NCBI RefSeq assembly: GCF_964355755.1
Contig: NC_092679.1
Coordinates: forward strand, 19,079,432 to 19,143,431
Length of the DNA: 64,000 nt
Source of the DNA: Antedon mediterranea
Taxonomy: Eukaryota > Animalia > Echinodermata
Direction: 5' to 3'
Position numbers and translations under genes: made by a program. How positions within the stretch are numbered: the stretch's first letter is position 1; each line of letters opens with the position of its first letter. A model generated the notes under the pieces. The model saw only the letters and a program-made list of their open reading frames with translations, searched no databases and was not told the DNA's origin. This document shows, piece after piece, positions 1 through 10,946 of the stretch.

Positions 1-199
1 CTATACTTGAGCTCAGTGTCATGTTGTTAGATTGGCTTGCTTCTACCCAGGACCGTATACAGCCCAAAACTTGACCTAGCCAGGATTGGAGTTTCGTACT
101 TATTTTTATTGTCGAGGCTCAGTAAAGAAAGATAATTGTAGAAGAATTTGCAATTGAATGCGTCACATTGACTGCTATCGTTATATTTTCTGTCTTCAG

Positions 200-1782
200 G
201 TTTTTGCCGTGGTTTGCAATACTTTGCATTATTGCGGCCGTTTTCTCGCTCATGTGTGTGATCATTCTTCATATTGGTCTCAGTAACTTATGTGACGGAT
301 TTCTGGAACGATACGAAGGGTAAGTTATTTCTTTGCAAAATTTATTTATTTGCATTTATTTTTTCGTAAACTTCCTCTTTCCAAAGGAGTCCCGATGTTT
401 ATCACATATCTTAACCTAACAAGTAAAGTGAATACCGTATAATATCAAGTTCTTAAACGAAAATTATTATTTTTTAGTTATACATGTGAGGCGTTTGAAT
501 CTTCTTACCATTACGATCGCAAAGGTTTCACCGGACTTTTCGAAAGCGCTCAGGTAGTCATATTTTCAAAAATATAAGGGTTGAACCTTTTAATTTGCAA
601 AAAGTCATATAAGTATTGTTATATACGGTACACAACGCCATTGAACAACAACCAATAGATGCACTATATAATTTTCCACTGATTTAAATAAATTTAAATG
701 CAACATACGTGTATTGCGTATAATATATGAATGGAAGGAGGTCACAGTAAGTTAATTTAAGTCGTAATCCGCGTATCAGTATAATAATAGAGAGGTTTCG
801 CAATCTTACGAATACGATAACGAAAACGGATACGTCACCGACACGTATTCGTTTTCGTAAGCCATAAAAAAATCTGTTTCGCATGGCAACGAAATATTGA
901 GGCGCGTCCAAAATATGACTGCGGTAAATTTGAGCGAAGCGCAGGTACGTGTTGCTTGGCTGCCTATGCCTAGCGTAACATCAAAGCGAGTGAGGACTTT
1001 AAAAACTGCTGTTTATCAAAATTGACCTGGCATTTTAGTAAATTACTTTATAATTACTTTCAATAAATCTATAATTATATTATAATCATGAATCATTCCT
1101 AATTCAAATGCAAAATGTGCAAAATAGATCAAATTTGTAGTTACGAATATGACTGGTGATATTCGTCAACACGAATACGCTTTACGAATATGAAATGGGG
1201 TTCAGCTCAAAAGTTTCACAAATGTATGACGTATCCGTTTTCGTTATCGTATTCGTAAGGTTGCGAAACCTCCCTATTGTTGGACGTTATTTGCATTTTA
1301 TCAAACAAATACTGATTACAAAGAATGGAGAATATAACAGTTGGTTGTACGGCTGATACTGTATGTATTTTAGTATATTTGCCTTTACATTATTGTAACG
1401 ATTAAGCATTCTATACACTTTTCATGTTTATCGATTACGTTACGGTGGCCTACTGTTAAATAGGCCTATCTATCGATCCTATAGCCTACGCACGAACTAA
1501 TGATGATGATCAAATAAAGATCGAAACGTTGAATAATGGCTCACCTCTCGTTATTTGGAGTCAGTTTTATATTACAGTACAAGCTATTTAACAAAGTACC
1601 GATAATTATTAAAAATATATTTTGTGATTTTTTTAATTTGTATTTTTTTTTTAAATCTCATTTAGATTGCGTCGTGGTTATCGTGTATTTTCTGGGCCGT
1701 AATGGCGTTGATGCTGTTTGCTCAAAGAAAGTCATTCCGGATTAGAAGATCTTTGAGATTTGAAAATTCCATCCAAACATAA
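200..1782 (+). CDS. TMEM179-like membrane protein, copy 1 (3' exons only; 5' part lies upstream of the window)
   Basis: AG/GT-bounded exons 200-319, 478-553 and 1666-1782 splice in frame: FLPWFAILCIIAAVFSLMCVIILHIGLSNLCDGFLERYEG-YTCEAFES...FESAQ-IASWLSCIFWAVMALMLF. This resembles the TMEM179 C-terminal half (G...C...C....AQ..W..W). It is paralogous to 12366-13451. Confidence 0.7.
786..1278. mobile_element. Non-autonomous DNA transposon (MITE), ~50-bp TIRs, possible AT TSD (ISL2EU-like)
   Basis: AGAGAGGTTTCGCAATCTTACGAATACGATAACGAAAACGGATACGTC at the left end and its reverse complement at ~1228-1276. Absent at the paralogous intron position (~12955). Confidence 0.8.
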
Positions 1783-2334
1783 TAATATTTTATTTGCGTT
1801 TTTATATGCGTTTTGTGTAGCGGGTCCGTTGAAACTGTTAAACTTTGTGTTGATTGTGATTGGGTCGCATTCATTTGTATTCGCTACGTTTAAATCCGGG
1901 TTTATATCACGTGAAATGACGTTTGAGGCAGAGTAACTACTATTAATACGAACTATACGACGTCTTATTATCAGATAATATGATGCCTAAAGTAACATTT
2001 TTCTGAAGATGTATAGTATTGTGAAAACCTCGACTTATAAGTTTTGGTTTGATAGATTAGGCCTATAACTCGCAGTTCGTTTTCACAATGAAAATATTTT
2101 ATATATTCCTCAGAAAGTTTATTGTGAAATAAAAAAAACGGCTGGTGCGTTCTAAAGAAATCATACTGATTAACATGGTATGACATGCTGTTAATATTGC
2201 AAGTTGAGGGCACTATATAACAAAAGCAAAATTACCTATATGTATGTATAATAGGGGTCAATGGTTCACGCACATACGAATACATGAACGGGAGACATTG
2301 CATTTAGAGGCCGCATAGGAAAATTAATGTAATT

Positions 2335-4424
2335 ATGAGCGATCAAATAACAGAGTTTCTAAAGACGAATTATATCCCCATTACATCAGCTGCAGCTGTC
2401 GGTATGTTCTATTTTTATTTTATTAAATTTAGAGAGACTAGGACTTATACTTATTTAGTATGTTACGCTTATGTTTTCATTCATGACAAAGAAACTACCA
2501 GTTTCTATATTTCTTAACATACTCTTGCATTTTTTACTTATAAGGGGCCTATAGTTTAAATATGCTTTAAAAACGGTCTAATTGTTCGTTGTCAAACTAT
2601 GTTAAAGTTTGCTTTATACAGTACAGATATACATTTTAATAGTCTCTTCCATACAATTACAATACCGTACCGTGATATTATTCAATTCATATTCTGTATT
2701 GAGATGTGTGACAAATCGAATATAAAACCTAAATTTATAAACGTTATAGCCTAGGCCTAGTAGCCTACTATGCACTTTCCTGAAACTAGAGGTGTTGAGG
2801 GACAAACTCTCACCCCAAACATGCATTAATTAATTAATTAATTTCTACAAAATTCCTTTAGGAATCGGTTTTATGATGCTTAGGAGGTACTCATCTGGTG
2901 GGAAATGTTGCAACATAAAATGGTAAGGTGGTGATAGTGACAGGAGCGAATACAGGCATAGGCAAGGAGACAGCTTTAGGCCTAGATCTAGCCAGACGAG
3001 GTAAATGCGTATAATAAAGATATATATACTTTAATATTAAAGTTGGCCTAAAGCAAAAAATAGTAAAATTGGCTGCCAGCCGAGTTGAATAACCGTTTAG
3101 CCTATTTTGTTATGAATATGAAAACATTTTTTTGTCTGCAGAAGTGATTAGCCTAACTCTATTAAAATAAAAAATTGCCTATAATCACGTAAGTTGAGGG
3201 ACAATACATTTTCAAAGGCAAAAAAGTAAATACACTAGGCCTATCACCCTACATTTAAACTGACCATCAAAGGTGGCATAAAATATTTATACAGGATTAC
3301 ACAATCAGGTAAAAGAAAACCTGTTTTGCATTTTGTGTCTCGAATACAAAAAAAATAAAAAAATACTAACCTACATGCTTTGCATTTGCGACGACGGGCG
3401 ACCTAAAAAAGTTATGTTAATTCATTATGCGCATGCGGGTAAATGCTCCCCCACCTCGACATATTTTTGGTTGTTGACACATTGACAATGACATAGCCTA
3501 AACTTGTTCTTCGTCGCAAAATCTGAAATCCTCTACGTCACAAATTGAATAAGTTTAGATAATAAAATGTTCATGGAAACGTAATTTCGAGGGATCTTTA
3601 AACTGTATATTTATTGCGAAACAACTCTACCCTATCGACACTCAACATGGTTATTACTATTTAGTATTATGCACACATTTTATTTTCAGGGTTATTTTAT
3701 TTCTATTCTGATAGTCGCCAAGAAACATCAGATGGCTTCGAACAAGTTTTTGGTAAAAATCACCTTGGACCATTCTTGCTAACAAACCTTTTACTGGACT
3801 TGCTGAAGAAGTCGGCACCAAGCCGAATTGTCAATGTTTCCTCTTCGGGTCACGCTGAGGCTAAAATTAACTTTGATGACATTAACTCTACGGAATCTTT
3901 TGAACCTGTAGCTGCTTATTGCCGAAGTAAACTAGCAAATATTCTCTTTACAAAAGAACTTGCAGAAAGATTAAAAGGTAATTCACATGTTATTATTAGT
4001 CTGATCTTAAGTTCGATTCATCTAGGATGCATTTCATTTTGTCCAAAGATTTAAAGTTTAATTTTACGCTTGGTTGAATTTCGTATGCGCATACACGCAG
4101 CCGGTTCTCTCGGTCTGTATCAGTTTCATAAACGCAAAAAATATGTCATGAAACGCGGAAGATGTCATGAAACAGTTCATAACCAGCAGACCAATACATA
4201 CATAAAAAGTGCTCATCAAACTTAAATCGTTTTAACTTATTCATTTACAGGAACAGGCATAACTTGCTACTCGCTTCATCCAGGCTTCGTAGCAACAGAC
4301 GTCTTCCGCGCAGCATGCCACATTGCTCAATGTGATTCTGCTTCTAATCTCCAAGAATTGTAAAGACCACAATACACTGTGCTGTTGAAGAGAGTCTAGC
4401 AAATGAGCCTGGATATTACTACTG
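2335..4424 (+). pseudogene. RDH11/12/13-like SDR pseudogene (copy A)
   Basis: Nearly identical to copy B exons 1, 2, 4 and 5. Exon 2 (2862-3000) has an 8-bp deletion giving an early TAA, plus a 6-bp insertion. Exon 3 is deleted (junction ~3236-3243), exon 5 has several deletions and exon 6 is absent. Confidence 0.9.
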
Positions 4425-4707
4425 GTAGGTTGGTTGTTCACACACACACGTTATAGAAACGTATCCATTGTGATCTTGCAAAATTAGTAAATCTATCCAA
4501 ATAAATAAACTTCAAATCTATATGTCCATGTTATGTACTATATTCACTACTATTCAAAGGAGGTTGTGTGTGCTACTTCACCGTACAACGTTAAGAGTGA
4601 AGATAGTTTCTGTCCATTCGGTCGTGAGGAACATGCCATGATGAAGGCGCGAGTAAGGCTAACTTAGACAGATGAGGGGCAACTGAGTCGTCTCGTCGGG
4701 AGAAAAC

Positions 4708-5092
4708 AGAGAGCTTTCGCTATCTCGGATCGGGAACGAGAACCAGTTAATTAAAATTTCACATAAACTAATGACGTCATACACAAAAAACCCTTACTTT
4801 CTCGGCCGCTCGTTCCCGATCGAGATAGCGAAAGCTCTCTAAAAATAGAGAGCTTTCGCTATCTCGGATCGGGAACGAGAACCAGCTCCTGTATCTCGGG
4901 CTACGAGCATTAGTTAATTAAAATTTCACATAAACTAATGACGTCATACACAAAAAAAACCTTACTTTCTCGGCGGCTCGTTCCCGATCGAGATAGCGAA
5001 AGCTCTCAAATGTTCTTAAAACGAGTACGAGATCGAGAACCGGTAATTAATGCTGGTTCTCGTTCCCGATCCGAGATAGCGAAAGCTCTCTA
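4708..5092. mobile_element. Compound MITE with reiterated TIRs
   Basis: AGAGAGCTTTCGCTATCTCGGATCGGGAACGAG at 4708 and 4847, with reverse complements at ~4810-4840, ~4978-5007 and ~5058-5091. Absent from the paralogous RDH-B intron (~30130-30190). Confidence 0.8.
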
Positions 5093-5452
5093 TTAACTCA
5101 AACAGCACCGACGAGTCAAGACGTTTCGTCGGGCCTCGTCGTACGATGCTGTCTCAGGTGGCCTATGGCATCTGCTTATACAAGCGGAATAATAATTTGA
5201 GTCTCCTTGGTGTTGTGCTGACTTCTTTGACTCTCGCATGTTTTTACGATAGGCCTATACTTCAATTTACATTTAAATACGTTTGCATGTGGTTTCTTTA
5301 AAAAAGGCGATGATTACGGTGTAATTACGTCACTATTCCCTTAATTGTAGTCTACAGTTATGATGAGTTATGATAGCACTAAATTGATATTGACGATAAA
5401 TAAATGTAATGAATGTAAATATAAAGAAAATGATCTGTGCTTTTTCTTTTAG

Positions 5453-8400
5453 TTATACATGTGAAGAGTTCGAATCTTTTTACGATGGTGACAAATTCAT
5501 AAGCCTTTTCAAAGGCGCTCAGGTATCAGCATCTTAAATTTCTACATTAGTCAATTCAATTCAATTCAAAGCAACATTTATTTTCTCCTTTCATATACAA
5601 AATAGATTTCAGTGATCAATAAATATGTAAACAAAATTCGAAAGAAGAAGGTACACGCCCAGAAAGATGAAAAACACATCTTGTGGAGGACGTACCTATT
5701 ACAGACACAGACAATGACAATTTATAAAAAATAAAAAAAAATATAAAATAAAAAAAAAAAATAAAAAAAAAAAAAATTGACCGAGTAAAAGTTAATATTT
5801 GGCAATAAGGTGACTTTTAAGTTTAGATAAAAATTATTTACTAGAAACAGAGTTTAAGATGGGGAGTGGCAGATCGTTCCAAAAAGTGGGTCCGGAATAC
5901 CTAATGTTGTGTTGAAAGTGGTTGGTTTTATGGGTTGGAATATGTAATTTTGAACAAATACGGGTATTATGATAATGAATTGAAGAATTTGGAGTGAACA
6001 TGGAGCAGAGATGTTTGGGAAGGTTGGAATTAATAGAAGAAAAGATGAACGAGCCTTGTTGGGTTAGATTGATATCGGAGACTTTGAGAAGATTAAGCTT
6101 TGAAAAAAGATGAGATGAATGAGACAGGGGTGGGGCACCAGATATAACCCTGATGGCCTTTTTTTGAAGAGTTTGAAGTCTTTTAATACTGGAAGGGTAA
6201 GAGTTGCACCAGACAATATTGCAATAGTTAAGATAAGGCAGGATGAGGGAGCAGTACAGGATACGAAGAATGTTAGGGGGTGAAAAAGAAGAAAGTCTAG
6301 TGATGATGCCAAGACTTTTTGAAATTTTATTCTCAACAAAATTGATGTGATTTTTCCATGAAAGTCGACTGTCAAGATGAACTCCTAAAAATGTAGCAGA
6401 TTGGACTGAGGGAATATCATGATTGTTAATAGAAATGTTATAGTTTGCAGTATCAATGTTTTTAATTTTCTGAGGGGTCCCAAACAGGATGAAGTTACAT
6501 TTTTTGTGGTTAAGAGAAAGTTTGTTAGCTGAAAAGTATTGAGACATGAGGGTCAAATTGGTATTAACAGTATTAAATAAGGTTTGAATATCAGGGTCAG
6601 AGTAATAAACAGTGGTGTCGTCAGCATATAGAAAAAAATTAAGAATTGCAGAAGAAAGATATATATCATTAATATATAGAATAAATAGGAAGGGGCCAAG
6701 AAGAGAGCCCTGGGGAACACCACAAGTAACAGGGTTGAAGTTGGAGACAGAATTAGAATACTTGGTACATTGGAAACGATTGGTAAGGTAACTTTTGAAA
6801 AGATCATATGCGGGCCCTCTAATTCCATAGTGGGATAGTTTAAATAAAAGTATGTTGTGGTCTATTGTGTCGAATGCCTTTGACAAATCTATAAAAACGC
6901 CGATGGCTAGATGGCCACTTTCAAATGCGTCAACAATTTTGTTTGTTAAGTCAATGAGAGCCATGGGTGTGTTGTGACCTTTTCTAAAGCCATATTGATT
7001 TTTGTGAAGAATGTCATGTTTTGAGATAAATGAAAATGTACGATCGTAGATTACCCTTTCTAAAGCTTTAGAGAAAATAGAGAGGACAGAGATGGGGCGA
7101 TAGTTAGAGAAATCAGATTTGTTTCCAGATTTGTAGATAGGGGTAACGCGCGCAAACTTCATCCCGTCTGGGAAAACACCCTTTAATAAAGCAAGATTAA
7201 AAATATGGGTAAGTGGAAAAGAAATGAGATCGGCAATATGTTTGATGGGCTTGGTTTGGAAATCATCAATACCGGGTGATTTGTTGTTTTTAAAGATAGA
7301 AATGATTTTAAAAACTTCGGCCTCATTGACTGGAGTAAAGAATATTGAGTTAGGGGTAAGGTTGGGTAAAAAGTCTTTAAATGATCTGTTACTATTGGGA
7401 ATTTTATTAGCAAGTGAAGGGCCGATTTCAGAAAAATATTTGTTAAAGGCATTTGAAATTATATTGGAATCATTAGTCAACTCACCTTGAAAATTGAAAG
7501 AAGTATTTGTATGTGTATTATTTGATTTATTGAGCAGGGAATTAATTGATTTCCAAGTTGCCTTAATATCATTTTTGTGTTTGAGAAACGTTTTGTGAAA
7601 ATAATTTTTTTTTGCAGCTTTAATTGTAGTATTTAATTTATTACGGAATTGTTTAAAGGCTGTTTCATTTATTTGGGTGGGACAATGGATAAATTTAGAG
7701 TACAGTTTATGTTTGTGTTTAATTGAATTAAGTAGGCCATTAGACATCCATGACTTTAATTTATTATTTTTTTTTCGTTTTTGAGGAGAGGAAAGTGTTT
7801 ATCATATATTGATTTTAATATAAGTTCAAAGTGTGAATAAGCCTTATTTGGGTCATCAGTGTTAATAACATCAGTCCAATGTTGGGTGGAAATTTCAAGA
7901 CGAAAGTTTGCCAGTGAAGTAAGGTTAAATTTTCTAAAAGTATAGTTTTTATTTGGATTAAGATTATGGAAGGAAGCGTTGAGAAGAGAAATATTGAAGA
8001 CAGGAAGATGATCGGAAATGTCGCTATAAAGTAGACCACTTGTGTTTTGGTATTCAGTCTGATTAGTAAAAATGTTGTCTAATAAAGTGGCAGAAGTTTT
8101 ACTGATACGGGAAGGTCTATGGATACAAGGAAGGTAATTATTACTGAAAAGCGAGTTGATAAAATCACGAGCATTGTTGTCAGTATCGTATTTAAGGATA
8201 TCGATGTTGAAGTCTCCAAGAATGTAGACAATCTTGTTTTCTGTTGATAAAGAGGAAAGCACAGAGTCAAGTTCATTAGTAAATTGTTTAGGGTCAAGTG
8301 AAGGCGGTCTATAAATGGTTCCAACAAGAATATTTTTTAGGTTGGGTCTAACAATTTCAATAAAGATGGATTCAGAAGTAGAGGGTTGCAGAGTTAGATC

Positions 8401-9124
8401 ATTTCTAAGGAAAAATTCAAGGCCATCACGGATATATAAGGCAACCCCACCACCGTCTTTATAATAGTCGTTTTTAAATAAAAAATAAAACAGCAGATAC
8501 AAATTCGCCCCTACAGTGGTTAACAGAAAAACAAGAAGACACAATTACACAATCTCGAAAACACTTACACTACGATGAAAGTTTAGAATAAAAGATACCA
8601 ATATAGGGATGGGCCTGAACTAAATTATTATTAAGATAAATTTAATTTTGCATTCTTTTTACTCATCTCATGCATTTTTGTCTTGGTGAATTTTTATATT
8701 CCTCCCCTCTCCCCTTTTATATTCCATCCCCTCTCTACCCAACACGAACACGAGCTTTACAAAATAATGACAACTGTCAAAAGAACGTTTTTAATCAATT
8801 TTCGTCTTTTTATAGTCATTTTGTTACTTATTTTATATATTTAAATAACTTTTTTTTAAATGTAATATAACGAATGCAAATATGGTTTTAAAAACATCAA
8901 CATCAATCATTTTATGTATAGACTAAAAAAAACTGACAGAGAAGATCATGCAAAATGTACAACATTTAAGATAACATATTTTCATTAAAACTGATTAATA
9001 TTATATAATTATTTTATATCTTTATTATTTGTGTCATTGTTTATAGGTAGCCTCGTGGATGTCGTGCGTTTCCTGGGCCGCCATGGCTATTGTCTTGTTT
9101 GTTCAAATAAAATGTTCCAGATAA
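5453..9124 (+). pseudogene. TMEM179-like copy 2, orphan exons 4-5
   Basis: Exon 5453-5522 (YTCEEFESFYDGDKFISLFKGAQ) and exon 9047-9124 (VASWMSCVSWAAMAIVLFVQIKCSR*) with canonical splice sites. Exons 1-3 are missing because RDH-A sequence lies immediately upstream. Confidence 0.7.
5551..8470 (-). mobile_element. 5'-truncated non-LTR retrotransposon (CR1/L2 group), APE endonuclease + RT
   Basis: ORF 7756-8544 has APE motifs (IYRPP, GDFNID, LLDNIF, SDHLPV). ORF 5834-7747 has RT motifs (NYRPIS, DLSKAFDT, GVPQGS, YADD). There is a frameshift at an A/T run near 7760 and a (TTGAA)n 3' tail at 5551-5570. Confidence 0.93.
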
Positions 9125-9521
9125 GAAGAAGATTGAATTTAAGGAACTTATTACATACACAGCAGGCTTGGAGACATTTAAAAACAATACGTGCGCTAGT
9201 TGGCAATAATAACCTGAATAATTTCATCCAAATTTATATATTATTTTCATAAAAATATAAATTACATGGGTTCGTTTTTGTTCCGGAGATCACAGGTATT
9301 ATATCACAATTTAACAATACAATATCAAAAAAGCAGAAATTAGGTTAGACTATTGCATAATATAATTTTGTTTTCTCCGTTACAAAAGTCGATCAGCAAT
9401 TGTTAATCCCATTGTCTAAAAATAACGACCATTTTAAAAATAATGGAGAAATTGAATGCCATTGATTTTCAGGAAAACCTCAACCTATGCTATTGTTATT
9501 AAGATTCTTTTAGCAAATGGT

Positions 9522-10600
9522 GTAATAATAATAATAATAATAATTTATTAGGAAATGACACCTTTGCATCGGTGGCACACACAGAAGTGGTGCATCCAAT
9601 TTAACATAATACATCAAAACAATACATTATATGACGGATACAGATTCTTAAACTATTTGCAAAAATATAAAAGATAAATCATTACCAACATGGTAATATA
9701 GGTACTGTATTAAATTGTCTTACATTATCATAGGTTTGAGTTGATAAAGAGGTATATAAAAATAAACATAAAATATAGTAAAGAGTTTACAATACAAACC
9801 ATTGTGTTTCAACATCAGGTACTGAGGACCTATAGTTGTTATCACAGGTGTATAATATTTACAAATCAAAAAAGGTCTCAGATTCTTTACAAATCGCGAT
9901 AGAATCTCCACCTAAAATATACTGTAATTTATCATCAGCACTTGCTGTTGTGACACGATTCCATGTGTCATAATCATTACAGAGTACAAGATTATGTTGT
10001 AGATTGGATAATTCTTTCATTCTAATATTATCAAATGCTTTACAGTTTAATAAAAAATGTTTAATGTCTTCAATTTCACCATTCCCACATATAGTACAAA
10101 GACCGGACACATCATTGGACCATTTATAAGTTTTACAATCTAAAGGTAGAGTGTTAGATCTTAATTTAAATTTCAGACTTGTCTCATAAAAATGTGTTTT
10201 ATCAAGTAAATACTTTTCTAAATTAGGGAAAGGTTTCAATTTTGAGTATAAATTTAATGAGGTTTTTTGCATTACATTATTTGACCACTCTGATTTATAT
10301 GATTCTGACAAACATCGCTCGACATTGCTGACTGAGAAAGGAACAAGAGTTAAACTATCATTATCAAAAACATTGTTGTAAAAGCCTATATCTGTACATT
10401 TTTCAAATATGTACAACACAACTACTAAGAAATTTATATTTTAAACAATCAAAGTCACATTTCAATTGTAGCATAGAATTAAGTACAATATTAGGCCACC
10501 TGTGGTCATCCATAGATATAAAACGATTAAATAATTTAACTCTGGACAGTTTGTGTAACTTGGATAATGGAACCCACCGAACCGTTGTTACAATCATTGT
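9522..10600 (-). mobile_element. Degenerate 3' fragment of a non-LTR retrotransposon
   Basis: ORF 9859-10419 carries the C-terminal Zn-knuckle-like motif KLRSNTLPL...CTICGNGEIEDIKHFLLNC. AATAAA plus a (TTA)n tail lie at ~9522-9549. Confidence 0.75.
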
Positions 10601-10946
10601 GATATAGATCTTTTTGAGTCGCTGATTAAAGAATAAATATTTTGGCACACATGGCGTGTCATACGTATAAAACGATGGGAACAAGTCTAGCTACAGAGTT
10701 AAGTGGATGTGTTTTAAACTTCCCACAAATCTACCTGTTTGTTTAACACATCAAGATTTGATTTGATTTGAATTAATATTCAGATATGTGGTAAACAAAA
10801 ACTGGTAATTTGATATTTCTACCTTCACCAATGTTTCTATTCGTGAATCGTTTGAATTCGCTTGACTGTTGACTCACTTGACATCTTGTTCTTCACAACA
10901 TTCCGTATTACTGGTTTCGTTTTCCCGCGATCATCCATTTTCTAGA

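Noticed and set aside
684-1356. Two ORFs sharing DVSVFVIVFVRLRNL
   Set aside because: These are opposite-strand readings of the two TIRs of one MITE.
5834-8544. Intact active LINE or a bacterial-type RT system
   Set aside because: It is an ordinary APE-RT ORF2, 5'-truncated, with a frameshift near 7760 and an early stop near 5834.
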